Shown: positions 40,575-49,575 of the stretch, in pieces | How positions within the stretch are numbered: the first letter of the stretch is position 1 | How the letters are laid out: every line of letters begins with the position of its first letter | Assembly (NCBI GenBank): GCA_964617045.1 | Contig: CAZTVZ010000002.1 | Span: 76,095-140,094, forward strand | Length of the DNA stretch: 64,000 nucleotides | Direction of reading: 5' to 3' | DNA from: an uncultured Gammaproteobacteria bacterium | GTDB lineage: Bacteria; Patescibacteriota; Microgenomatia; UBA8517 | The notes under the pieces: generated by a model | The model's database searches: none | The model's input: only the letters and a program-made list of their open reading frames with translations | Told to the model about the DNA's origin: nothing | Program-made: the position numbers and the translations under genes

Positions 40575-41287
40575 TGCTATCAAATACTCAACATGTTAAA
40601 AATTTGAAAATATCAAAAGGAGATCGGATTCTTGATGTCGGTGGTAGCATGAAACAACATACGGATATTCAGATAGATACTCTTGTCGATATTATTCGTC
40701 CAGAAGAATCAAAATATAATAGATCAAAATTGCATGCGAAGCATTTTGTGAAATGCGATTTTGTTAAAGAAAAACTTCCTTTTAAAGATAAAGAATTTGA
40801 TGTTTGTCTTTGTACACATGTTCTTGAAGACTTGTACGACCCGTTCCCTTTGATTAATGAGATGTCACGTGTTGCAAAAAGAGGATATATCGCAACCCCT
40901 TCAATGGGAAAAGATATTGAATTTACAAAAATAAATTTTTCTGATTGGAAAACCGGAGCAAGAAGATTGCCCGGAGTATCACATCACAAGTGGTTGTTTT
41001 ATATGAAGGATGGAAAGATGGTTGTGTTGCCCAAAAATTATCCGTTACTTTATTCATCAGACTTCCATGTTTCCAAATGGTTGGGAGAGGAGGAGTTTAG
41101 ATATTTTTGGAAAGGAAAAATTGAATATGTCGAAAAAACAGATATTGATTTCAAAAAATTAATTAATGAGTATCGAATTTGGTTTAGAAACAATAAAAAA
41201 TATATCAAGAAATCTCCTGTGTTGTTGTATTTGGATAATCCTTTCAATATCGTAAAAGAATATTTGAAACTTCTAATCAAAAAATAA
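40571..41287 (+). CDS. Methyltransferase-like protein (class I fold, tentative)
   Basis: ATGA overlap. 'GDRILDVGGSMKQ' motif I-like, 'FDVCLCTHVLEDLYDP'. Confidence 0.4.
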   Translation: MMLSNTQHVKNLKISKGDRILDVGGSMKQHTDIQIDTLVDIIRPEESKYNRSKLHAKHFVKCDFVKEKLPFKDKEFDVCLCTHVLEDLYDPFPLINEMSRVAKRGYIATPSMGKDIEFTKINFSDWKTGARRLPGVSHHKWLFYMKDGKMVVLPKNYPLLYSSDFHVSKWLGEEEFRYFWKGKIEYVEKTDIDFKKLINEYRIWFRNNKKYIKKSPVLLYLDNPFNIVKEYLKLLIKK

Positions 41288-41288
41288 A

Positions 41289-41305
41289 TTCGATTAATTA
41301 TCGAA
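41289..41305. promoter_or_regulatory. 17-bp palindrome TTCGAT-TAATT-ATCGAA in the 37-bp gap before the second flippase gene
   Basis: Read directly: ttcgattaattatcgaa is a 6-bp inverted repeat around a 5-nt AT core. It sits in one of the few intergenic gaps, between the stop at 41287 and the GTG at 41325. Function unknown (operator or weak hairpin). Confidence 0.3.
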
Positions 41306-41324
41306 TAATGATAAAATTCAGATA

Positions 41325-42602
41325 GTGAAAAAATATTTAAGTCGAGCATATTCTCTTGCAACTTCGGGTACCGCAAAAGATACATATATTTTGTTTATCG
41401 GTAATATATTTGCTGCTTTTTTGGGTTTTGTTACTACCTTGGTGTTGGCAAGATCTTTGAGCATTTCCGATTTTGGAGTATATTCAGCAGCAACAAATTT
41501 GATAGTAATTATTAGCTCCCTTACTGACTTGGGAATATCAAGTGGTTTGGTAAGCTTTGCGTCAGCTGCTTTTTCATCTGGAGAAACGAAAAAGGCATAT
41601 GAATATTCTAAGGCTGCTTTTTTAATAAAAATATTTGCAACAATTCCTCTCGTTCTTTTTACAATAATTTTCGCCCAATTCGTATCGAATAATTGGTTGG
41701 CAACAACAGATCCGATGGTGTCAGTATGGGTCGGTGTCGTATCCCTTGTTGCTGTAATTTGGGGATTTATTCCATATATCCTTCAATCTAAAAAATTATT
41801 CCTGAAAGGAGTAATAATCGATATTTCTTTGAGTTTACCAAAAGCAGTAATTCCATACCTCTTGATGATTTTTGGACTTCTTACCGTCAATACTTCTATG
41901 GCTGCATTTGCTGTTAGTGCAGCAATTGCGGGTATGGTTAGTTTTGCTTTTGTCGGTTTCGGATTTTTAAAATCAAAACCGTCAAAAGAGACATATGTAG
42001 AACTGGCAAAATTTTCCAGTTGGATCGGGATAAACCGAATAATATCTTCAATATCGGGGAAACTTGATGTTCAGATGCTTGCTGCAATGGCCGGTGCTAC
42101 ACTTACAGGTTTGTATTCTATCCCAATGAGATTATCTTCTATCATTATTGTATTCGCGTCCAGTTTTTCTGCGGTTTTGGCTCCTCGCTTTGCTTCTTTT
42201 GGGGACAAAATAAAAGAAAAAAGGTATTTAATCAAAGCTTCTTTGGTGATTATTCCCATTATTTTTGGAATTCTTCTTGTTACGTACTATGCAAAACCGT
42301 TTGTGCTAATTCTTTTTGGTGATAAATACCTTGAAAGTGTTCCCGTGTTCCAAGCATTATGTCTCGTTTTAATCCCTTATATTATTTCCGTACCTCCTGT
42401 TGCAGCAATTATTTATTCTATGAAGAAAACAAAATATATTGGCCTCTTTTCTTTTTATCAAATTGCCGCAATTTTCTTAATTAATTATTTCCTGATTCCA
42501 ATCTATGGCGCCTTTGCCCCGGCGATTTCTTTTGGTGTTGTGTATCTTAGCTTGGCAATTTACTCTTGGATAATCGTGTTTAAACACTACTGGATAAAAT
42601 GA
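41325..42602 (+). CDS. Wzx/MOP-superfamily oligosaccharide flippase
   Basis: GTG start after a 37-bp gap. 425 aa with about 12 TM segments. 'ILFIGNIFAAFLGFVTTLVLARSL' is a typical Wzx N-terminus. Confidence 0.55.
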   Translation: MKKYLSRAYSLATSGTAKDTYILFIGNIFAAFLGFVTTLVLARSLSISDFGVYSAATNLIVIISSLTDLGISSGLVSFASAAFSSGETKKAYEYSKAAFLIKIFATIPLVLFTIIFAQFVSNNWLATTDPMVSVWVGVVSLVAVIWGFIPYILQSKKLFLKGVIIDISLSLPKAVIPYLLMIFGLLTVNTSMAAFAVSAAIAGMVSFAFVGFGFLKSKPSKETYVELAKFSSWIGINRIISSISGKLDVQMLAAMAGATLTGLYSIPMRLSSIIIVFASSFSAVLAPRFASFGDKIKEKRYLIKASLVIIPIIFGILLVTYYAKPFVLILFGDKYLESVPVFQALCLVLIPYIISVPPVAAIIYSMKKTKYIGLFSFYQIAAIFLINYFLIPIYGAFAPAISFGVVYLSLAIYSWIIVFKHYWIK

Positions 42603-43525
42603 GCAAAATTAGGATAACTGCCCACATGATGGTTAAAAATGAGGCTCGTTTTGTATGGTATTCAATCATGTCCGTGTTGGATTATGTGGATAGAATAAGA
42701 ATTTGGGATACAGGGAGTAATGACGGAACAGTTGAAATAATTGAATCGTTGATAAAAGAATACAAGGGTAACACTCAAATTATCTTCAAGAAAGTTCAAG
42801 AAAAAGAATTTGACGAAGGAAGATATCGAGAAGCAATGCTTCTTGAATGTTGTGACCCAAATACAACCGAAAATGATATTGGGACATTTTCAGTTATGAG
42901 ACAGCAAATGCTCAATGAAACCATATATGACTGGATTATTATGGTGGACGGGGATGAAGTTTGGTGGAAAGATTCGATTAAGGAACTGACAGACACAATA
43001 AGGGAAAAGGGTAGGGAGTATGAATCCATAGTTGTACCCACGGTCAATCTTGTCGGAGACATATACCATTATCAAGAAGAAAAAGCTGGGAAATATAAAT
43101 TTTTTGGTAAAACCGGACATTACAATTTGCGAGCGTTCAGTAGAGATATTCCTGGCTTACATTCTTCCACTAAACCCCATGGAATATGGGGATGGGAAGA
43201 TAAAGATTGTGTAATGATTCAAGATAGGGATCCCAAGAACATCTTGTTTCTAAATACTCCATATATGCACGCAACACACCTTCAAAGATCCGGAAATATT
43301 GTTTTAGAAAAAGGAGTCTATAAAAGAGCAAAAAAATTAAAACACGAAATTGGTTTTTCTTTTCCAAAAGACTATTTCTATCCAGAATCCTTTTTTTACT
43401 TGAGACCGGATATCGTTAGTAGCCCATGGATTAAAATGGGGTTGTTGTTCAAAATTCGTTCATATCTTGAAACACCATTCAGAATGTTAAAAAGAAGATT
43501 GTTCAAGAGTAAAGTTGGTTATTAA
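42599..43525 (+). CDS. GT2-like glycosyltransferase (divergent)
   Basis: ATGA overlap. 'ITAHMMVKNEARFV', 'IWDTGSNDGT', 'IIMVDGDEVWW' DXD. Confidence 0.45.
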   Translation: MSKIRITAHMMVKNEARFVWYSIMSVLDYVDRIRIWDTGSNDGTVEIIESLIKEYKGNTQIIFKKVQEKEFDEGRYREAMLLECCDPNTTENDIGTFSVMRQQMLNETIYDWIIMVDGDEVWWKDSIKELTDTIREKGREYESIVVPTVNLVGDIYHYQEEKAGKYKFFGKTGHYNLRAFSRDIPGLHSSTKPHGIWGWEDKDCVMIQDRDPKNILFLNTPYMHATHLQRSGNIVLEKGVYKRAKKLKHEIGFSFPKDYFYPESFFYLRPDIVSSPWIKMGLLFKIRSYLETPFRMLKRRLFKSKVGY

Positions 43526-45110
43526 CGTGATTAACTCCTTTAATAAAGTAAGAAACAAAAAATACTATTCGATAGCACACGAAGGAAGCGATGACACGAG
43601 TCATCCCGCCATGAAGCTTTTGAAAAACATTGCTGGTGAAGTAGATAAGGTTTTAGATTTGGGGTGTGGAGAGGGAACAAGATTGAATCATGTAATCCCG
43701 AACGGGAAAATTGGCTACGGAATAGATATTAGTAGTATTGCCATAGATGCAGCAAAAAAGAAATATCCACACCATTTCCAAGTAGGAAATCTGGAAAAAC
43801 TGCCTTATAAAGATAGCTTTTTTGATTTGGTATATTCTGCGTATGTTTTTGAGCATCTCGATAATCCGGAAAAAGTAATAAAAGAAGGCCTGAGAGTGTT
43901 AAAAAAAGGTGGTTACTTTCTTGTTGTTTGTCCTAATTACGGTTCTCCAAACAGAGCCTCACCTCCATTTTTGGGAAATAGGATTAGTAAATTAATCAAA
44001 GGATATTACGATGACATATTTCACCCCAAGAACTTGGATTGGAAAAAAGTAAATCCGATTGCAACTGAAAGCCAATACGAAATTGATTGGGATACGACAA
44101 TTGAACCCTATCTAGGATCGCTTGTAAGATATCTGTCTAACAAAGGATTAAAGATTGTGTATTCCAGTTCCTGCTGGGAAAGAGAAGAAAGAAAAGTCAA
44201 ATATCTTCAAAGGGTAATTAGACTACTTGGGGAAAGAAACATTTACCCCTTCAATAAATGGGGCCCTCATTTATTGATTGTTGCCAAGAAGGGGGGGGGA
44301 GATTGCGAGCTTTGCGGAAACGATTCATATAATCAACTGTTCAAAAAAGATAGATATGAAATATTACAATGCAAAAAATGTAAATTGGTTAAAACAAGCG
44401 GAGTATCCGAAATTGATTATTCCGATTACCACAGAGACAGCGATTATGAAAAATTCAACGAACATTTTCGAAATATATTCCAGAATATATATTCATTGGT
44501 ATCCAGGTATGTTTCCAGACCCGCGAAAATTCTCGAAATAGGATGCTCGACGGGAACCTTGTTATCTTTGTTTAAAGAAAATGGATGGGAAGTGTGGGGT
44601 ATTGAACCGTCAAAGAGTTTTTGGAACGCCCAGGAAAAAGGAATAAAAGTATTGGGAGTAAGCTTGTTGGAAGCAAAGCTGGAAGAAGCCAGTTTTGATT
44701 TGGTTGTTATTAATCACACATTGGAGCACATGTCCAAGCCGCTGGATAATCTGAAAAAAGTATACAAACTTCTTAAGAAAGGAGGAAAGATATATATTGG
44801 TGTTCCTAATTTTGACAGCCTGGACTCAAGGTTGTGGAAAAGTAAATGGAAGATGCTTTTACCCGAGGAGCATAATTTTCAATACACACCGCAAACTTTA
44901 AAAAAAGTATTGGAAAAAGTCGGTTTTAAGATAGTTGAAACGAGAACCAACGAAGGAATCTGGTCTTTAAACAGTCCCTTGAAAGGATTAGTTGACGAAA
45001 TTAAAAACAGAAAAAGGGCGTTTTTGATAGATTTAATTAGTTCACCTTTTGCTCTATTTTCGACCATTGTTAACAAAGGATCCAATTTGATAGTAATTGC
45101 CGAGAAATAA
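43515..45110 (+). CDS. Dual class I SAM-methyltransferase fusion with central C4 zinc ribbon
   Basis: Domain 1 'VLDLGCGEGTRL...FDLVYSAYVFEHL'. Linker 'CELCGND...CKKCKL'. Domain 2 'ILEIGCSTGTLL...FDLVVINHTLEHM'. Start uncertain: the track starts at TTG 43515, with GTG 43527 and ATG 43611 as alternatives. Confidence 0.6.
   Translation: MVINVINSFNKVRNKKYYSIAHEGSDDTSHPAMKLLKNIAGEVDKVLDLGCGEGTRLNHVIPNGKIGYGIDISSIAIDAAKKKYPHHFQVGNLEKLPYKDSFFDLVYSAYVFEHLDNPEKVIKEGLRVLKKGGYFLVVCPNYGSPNRASPPFLGNRISKLIKGYYDDIFHPKNLDWKKVNPIATESQYEIDWDTTIEPYLGSLVRYLSNKGLKIVYSSSCWEREERKVKYLQRVIRLLGERNIYPFNKWGPHLLIVAKKGGGDCELCGNDSYNQLFKKDRYEILQCKKCKLVKTSGVSEIDYSDYHRDSDYEKFNEHFRNIFQNIYSLVSRYVSRPAKILEIGCSTGTLLSLFKENGWEVWGIEPSKSFWNAQEKGIKVLGVSLLEAKLEEASFDLVVINHTLEHMSKPLDNLKKVYKLLKKGGKIYIGVPNFDSLDSRLWKSKWKMLLPEEHNFQYTPQTLKKVLEKVGFKIVETRTNEGIWSLNSPLKGLVDEIKNRKRAFLIDLISSPFALFSTIVNKGSNLIVIAEK
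44291..44299 (+). repeat. G9 homopolymeric tract inside the dual-methyltransferase CDS (encodes KK-GGG-D)
   Basis: Read directly: 'aagaagggggggggagat'. It is the only run of 8 or more G/C that I found in this AT-rich window. Confidence 0.9.
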
Positions 45111-45129
45111 TTTTGTTATTTCTCTTTAA

Positions 45130-46482
45130 ATGCTTCAAAATACATATATGGTAAAGAAAAATTATTTGTTACCGATTATTCTTGGGGGACATCTTCTAAT
45201 TTTAATTCTTACCAGTTTCACAGCTTGGCCGGAGATGCTTGCTTGGCCATATCTGATAATGAAAGGATGGTTGCCCTATAAAGATATTGCTATTGCACAT
45301 ACACCTTTCCTTCTGTTTGACTTATCGCTTGTGTATAAAGTATTCGGTGCTGGACCGATGCAAATTCAAATATATTCCTGGATTATTACTCTTCTTACCG
45401 ATTTGGTTATTTATTTTGTCGTAAGCAGGCTCCACAACAAGAAAGTTGCTTTATGGACACTGTTACTTTTTGTCCCTTTAAACATTTTTTACGAAGGGAA
45501 CGGATTGTGGTTTGATCATTTACTGGGACCCCTGGTTATTCTTTCCTACTATTTTATTAAAAAAGAAAAATATCTTACAGCAGGACTTATGTGGGGGTTG
45601 GCGTTTATGACCAAACAAACGGCCATATGGTTTCTCCCCGGAGTAATATATCTATTTTGGGGAAAAGATTTACTGTTCAAATTAAAGGAATATGCATGTG
45701 GTTTCTTGATTCCGATAACAATTACATTTGTTGTTTTCCAGCTGTTGGGAATACTTCCAAACTTTTTGTATTGGGCTTTTCAGTTTGGTGTTTACACCCT
45801 CCCCAGGGCAATGGGTCAAATTGATTACCCCTCAATAAGACAAATAATTGTTTCTCTTGCTCCAATCGCAATTATGATTCCGGTCTTGATAGCGGAAAAA
45901 AGAAAATATTTTGCCTTGATTCTTTTGGGTGTATTGGGAATAATGGGAGCCAATCCAAGATGGGAATTATTTCATTTCCAACCGGGCCTTCCTTTTATTG
46001 CCATAATTGGGGGTCTTGTTCTTTCCGGAGAAATAAAACTGAAAGGTTATCTAAGGGGTTTCTTTCTGTTGTTTGCGATAGGAATTATTGTTTTGTCTTT
46101 TAGATCAATAAGAACATCTTTTATGAAAGAAGATAGATTTTTGGAAAGTGCAGTAATAAGTACTGCCAACAAAATTAACGAAGCGACAAAACCAGGCGAT
46201 AAGATATTTGTTCTAAATTCTTGGGACAGTTTATATGCACTTTCCGACAGAATGCCTTCAGTCAGACCTCTTATTCCACAACTAGAGTGGTACTATACCG
46301 ACAAAATTGATGGTTATGTTTCGGCTAAGCTGCTGGATAATTTACCCGATATTGTTGTGATGCAACCATATACTAAAACAGGGTTGTCATCATTCGTGCC
46401 GGAAAAGGTAACTGACGTGATTTTTAAATATTATTCAACCGATTCTGTCATTGAGAATAAATTCTGGATATTAAAACCTTAA
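45130..46482 (+). CDS. Polytopic membrane protein, putative GT-C (GT87/DUF2029-like?)
   Basis: 450 aa with about 10 TM segments. No firm family motif. Confidence 0.3.
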   Translation: MLQNTYMVKKNYLLPIILGGHLLILILTSFTAWPEMLAWPYLIMKGWLPYKDIAIAHTPFLLFDLSLVYKVFGAGPMQIQIYSWIITLLTDLVIYFVVSRLHNKKVALWTLLLFVPLNIFYEGNGLWFDHLLGPLVILSYYFIKKEKYLTAGLMWGLAFMTKQTAIWFLPGVIYLFWGKDLLFKLKEYACGFLIPITITFVVFQLLGILPNFLYWAFQFGVYTLPRAMGQIDYPSIRQIIVSLAPIAIMIPVLIAEKRKYFALILLGVLGIMGANPRWELFHFQPGLPFIAIIGGLVLSGEIKLKGYLRGFFLLFAIGIIVLSFRSIRTSFMKEDRFLESAVISTANKINEATKPGDKIFVLNSWDSLYALSDRMPSVRPLIPQLEWYYTDKIDGYVSAKLLDNLPDIVVMQPYTKTGLSSFVPEKVTDVIFKYYSTDSVIENKFWILKP

Positions 46483-46485
46483 CAA

Positions 46486-47502
46486 ATGAAAATAGCCATA
46501 TTAAATATTTACCAAAATTCGGTGTACAGGGGAGCGGAGACATATGTTGATCAGTTGGCAAAAAGATTAAGCAAGAAACATGAGGTTCATTTAATAGTTG
46601 GAAATAATAAGGTGCAAGAAAGGTGGCCTCTGTTGTGGAGAGTGTATCTTGATCCTCAAAGTATAACAATCGCAAAATTCACCCTGAAAAATATTGGTAA
46701 AATTTGGAAAGAAAAATACGATGTTGTTATCCCGACAAACGGAGGATGGCAACCGGCATTTATTAGATTGGTTACCTGGTTATATGGCGGAAAAATGATT
46801 ATCTCTGGTCAATCGGGAATGGGTTGGGATGACAGAAACAATCTATGGTCTTTTCCCGATGTGTTTATTGCCCTTTCAAATAAAGCAAAAAAATGGGCAA
46901 AAAATGTTAATCCATTTGTAAAAGTGGAAAAGATTCCCAACGGAGTTGATACAAAAGTATTCAAACCCACAGGAAGAAAATATATAACCGATTTGCCGAA
47001 ACCAATTGTTCTTTGTGTTGGTGCATTAACAAAAACAAAAAGAATAGATTTAACCATTAAAGCAGTTGCCGGACTCAAGAAAGGGAGCTTGTTAATTGCA
47101 GCCGGAGGAGGGGATATGAAAGAAGAATATTCCAAACTCGCCAAAGATTTATTGGGAGATAGATGCAATATAATAAAAGTTCCCCACAATGAAATGCCAA
47201 AAGTATATAGGGCTTGTGATGTTTTCTCTCTTGCTTCCGAGCCTTATTATTCTTTTGAAATTGTATTAACGGAAGCAATGGCGACCGGATTGCCCGTTGT
47301 TGCCAACAGAGACGACATCAGAAGGGAAATTGTCGGGGACTCGGGTGTATTGGTAAATCCAACAAATATTAAAGCGTACAGCTTAGCTTTGGAAACAGCA
47401 ATGAAATTAAAATGGGGTAAAAAACCCATTCGACAAGCGAAAAAATTCGACTGGGATATAGTTGCAGAAAAATATGAAAAAATCCTTGCGAATCTTTCTT
47501 AA
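46486..47502 (+). CDS. Glycosyltransferase family 4
   Basis: 'FEIVLTEAMATGLPVVANRDDIRREIVGDSGVLV', N-terminal 'YRGAETYVDQLAKRL'. Confidence 0.65.
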   Translation: MKIAILNIYQNSVYRGAETYVDQLAKRLSKKHEVHLIVGNNKVQERWPLLWRVYLDPQSITIAKFTLKNIGKIWKEKYDVVIPTNGGWQPAFIRLVTWLYGGKMIISGQSGMGWDDRNNLWSFPDVFIALSNKAKKWAKNVNPFVKVEKIPNGVDTKVFKPTGRKYITDLPKPIVLCVGALTKTKRIDLTIKAVAGLKKGSLLIAAGGGDMKEEYSKLAKDLLGDRCNIIKVPHNEMPKVYRACDVFSLASEPYYSFEIVLTEAMATGLPVVANRDDIRREIVGDSGVLVNPTNIKAYSLALETAMKLKWGKKPIRQAKKFDWDIVAEKYEKILANLS

Positions 47503-48739
47503 GAAATATCAAATTGAGTTAGTGTTTTTCCTTTTGTTAGTTATTGCTGTTGTTGTACGTTTTTATAATTATGAGAGTAGAATTGTTTTTGATTCAGAGC
47601 AAGCACGCTCACTAATCGTTTCCGGCAATTATGTTAAAGATAAGTTCTCACTTCTTGGACAAGAATATTTTAGATCCACTTCTTCGGGCCATAAACTATT
47701 TTCCGGAGCAATTTTTAGTTATCTTTTATTACCGATTCAATTATTGGCAAATTATGATGCATATAAAATTACACAATTCTTTACATTATTAAATTTATTT
47801 TCCGGAATTATTCTTTTCATCGTTGCTTCAAAATTGTGGGGTAAAAAGGTTGGTTTGATGTCGGGAACTTTATTCCTATTCAGCGATATGATGATTAAGC
47901 ACTCTTTGTTTATATGGATTCTAAACTGGGTTCCGCTTTTGGGAGTCCTTGCAATTTATGCTTTGCATTACTTCAATAAGAATAAAAAGATTGCCAGCGT
48001 GCTATCTTTGGGGTTAATCCTCGGAATGGGAATTAATTTTCATTACCCAATCCTGTTCTTTGCAGGTTTAGTCGGGATTTATATTTTATTTAAATCCAGA
48101 AACAGATTAATTTCGGCAATTATTTATGTTCTGGGTTTAGTTGTTGGAAACTTGCCAACCTTATTATTTGATTTGAGGCACGATTGGTACCATATCAGAA
48201 CGTTAATCCAGTACATACTCGATGCGTTTAACGGAAACGGACAAAACTTTTCTTATTATTACCTATTTTTAATTTGGCCAGCACTGTGTGTGTTTGTATC
48301 ATTACTCTTTATTAGAGTTTTGAAGAAAAACATATTGTTGGTGTTTGCAATCGTAATTTATGTTGTTCTAAATCTAAACTCGAAATGGGTTAATTTTTCT
48401 TCAGCAAAAGAAATGCCGCCAGGTCTTGTGTACAAAGATATTATTACTGCGTCCGAAATAATTGCGAAAGATAAACCCGAAAGATTTAATGTTTCAACAT
48501 TGTTCGGTTTTGATGCGAGGGGATACATTTTAAGATATCCACTTGAGTTTAATTATGGATATACTCCTTCTGGTGTCGAAGAGTATAAAGAGCTGGATTC
48601 GTTATATGTCATGGCATTAGGGGATGGTGATATAAAAAACCCCTCGAGATATGAACTTAAAACGTATCTGCCATATAATTATGAATTACTGGGAGAAGTA
48701 AATTCTAAATATCAGATATACAAATTAACAAAGAAATGA
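47474..48739 (+). CDS. Polytopic membrane protein, ArnT/GT-C-like
   Basis: First ATG in the track ORF, at 47474 (the track begins at TTG 47462). 'VFDSEQARSLIVSGNYV' loop motif. About 11 TM segments. Confidence 0.4.
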   Translation: MKKSLRIFLKKYQIELVFFLLLVIAVVVRFYNYESRIVFDSEQARSLIVSGNYVKDKFSLLGQEYFRSTSSGHKLFSGAIFSYLLLPIQLLANYDAYKITQFFTLLNLFSGIILFIVASKLWGKKVGLMSGTLFLFSDMMIKHSLFIWILNWVPLLGVLAIYALHYFNKNKKIASVLSLGLILGMGINFHYPILFFAGLVGIYILFKSRNRLISAIIYVLGLVVGNLPTLLFDLRHDWYHIRTLIQYILDAFNGNGQNFSYYYLFLIWPALCVFVSLLFIRVLKKNILLVFAIVIYVVLNLNSKWVNFSSAKEMPPGLVYKDIITASEIIAKDKPERFNVSTLFGFDARGYILRYPLEFNYGYTPSGVEEYKELDSLYVMALGDGDIKNPSRYELKTYLPYNYELLGEVNSKYQIYKLTKK

Positions 48740-49575
48740 AAATATCAGTAATTATTCCGGTATACAACGAGGAGAAGGTGATACTAAGTTGCCTGAACTC
48801 TCTTGAACAACAAACACACAAGGATTTTGAAGTGATCCTTGTCGATGACGGATCATCTGACAAGACTGGGGAGATGGTTAATCTTTTTAAAACTGAACGG
48901 TTTGAACTTACTTTACTTCAGCAAAATCATCTTGGTCCGGGTGCTGCCAGGAACTTGGCTTCTAAAAAAGCAAAAGGAAACATTTTGGTGTTTGTAGATG
49001 CTGATATGACCTTCGATATTCACTTTTTGGAAAACCTTATTAAACCAATTGTCCTTGGAAAAGAAAAAGGAACATTTTCCAAAGAAGAATATGTTTCAAA
49101 CTGGATTAATATATGGTCAAGGTGTTGGAATATTAACGAGGGATGGGAAAAAGAAAGAAGACACCCAAAAAATTATCCGAATAGACAAAAAGTATTCAGG
49201 GCAATTCTCAAAGAAGAATTTGAAAGAGTTGGAGGGTTTACACCTGGAGGATACAACGATGATTGGAGTCTTTCCGAAAAGTTGGGTTATGATGCGGGAG
49301 AGGCAGTTGGTGCAACTTTCTATCATGCAAACCCATCTAGCTTGAAAGAAGTATTTTTTCACGCCAAGTGGGTGGGGAAGAGGCAGTATAAACTGGGGAT
49401 AATTGGAAAACTGATTGCTCTGGTCAGAGTGTCACTGCCGGTATCAATAATTATTGGAGTACTCAAATCAATTATTTATGTGACTCCCCCTTTTATAATA
49501 TTCAAATTATTGTACGACGCAGGTGTGTTTATCGGGATTGTGGAATCTGTGGCAACAAATAAATTAGCCAAGTAA
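48736..49575 (+). CDS. Glycosyltransferase family 2
   Basis: ATGA overlap. 'ISVIIPVYNEEKVI', 'VILVDDGSSDKT', 'VDADM'. Confidence 0.7.
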   Translation: MKISVIIPVYNEEKVILSCLNSLEQQTHKDFEVILVDDGSSDKTGEMVNLFKTERFELTLLQQNHLGPGAARNLASKKAKGNILVFVDADMTFDIHFLENLIKPIVLGKEKGTFSKEEYVSNWINIWSRCWNINEGWEKERRHPKNYPNRQKVFRAILKEEFERVGGFTPGGYNDDWSLSEKLGYDAGEAVGATFYHANPSSLKEVFFHAKWVGKRQYKLGIIGKLIALVRVSLPVSIIIGVLKSIIYVTPPFIIFKLLYDAGVFIGIVESVATNKLAK

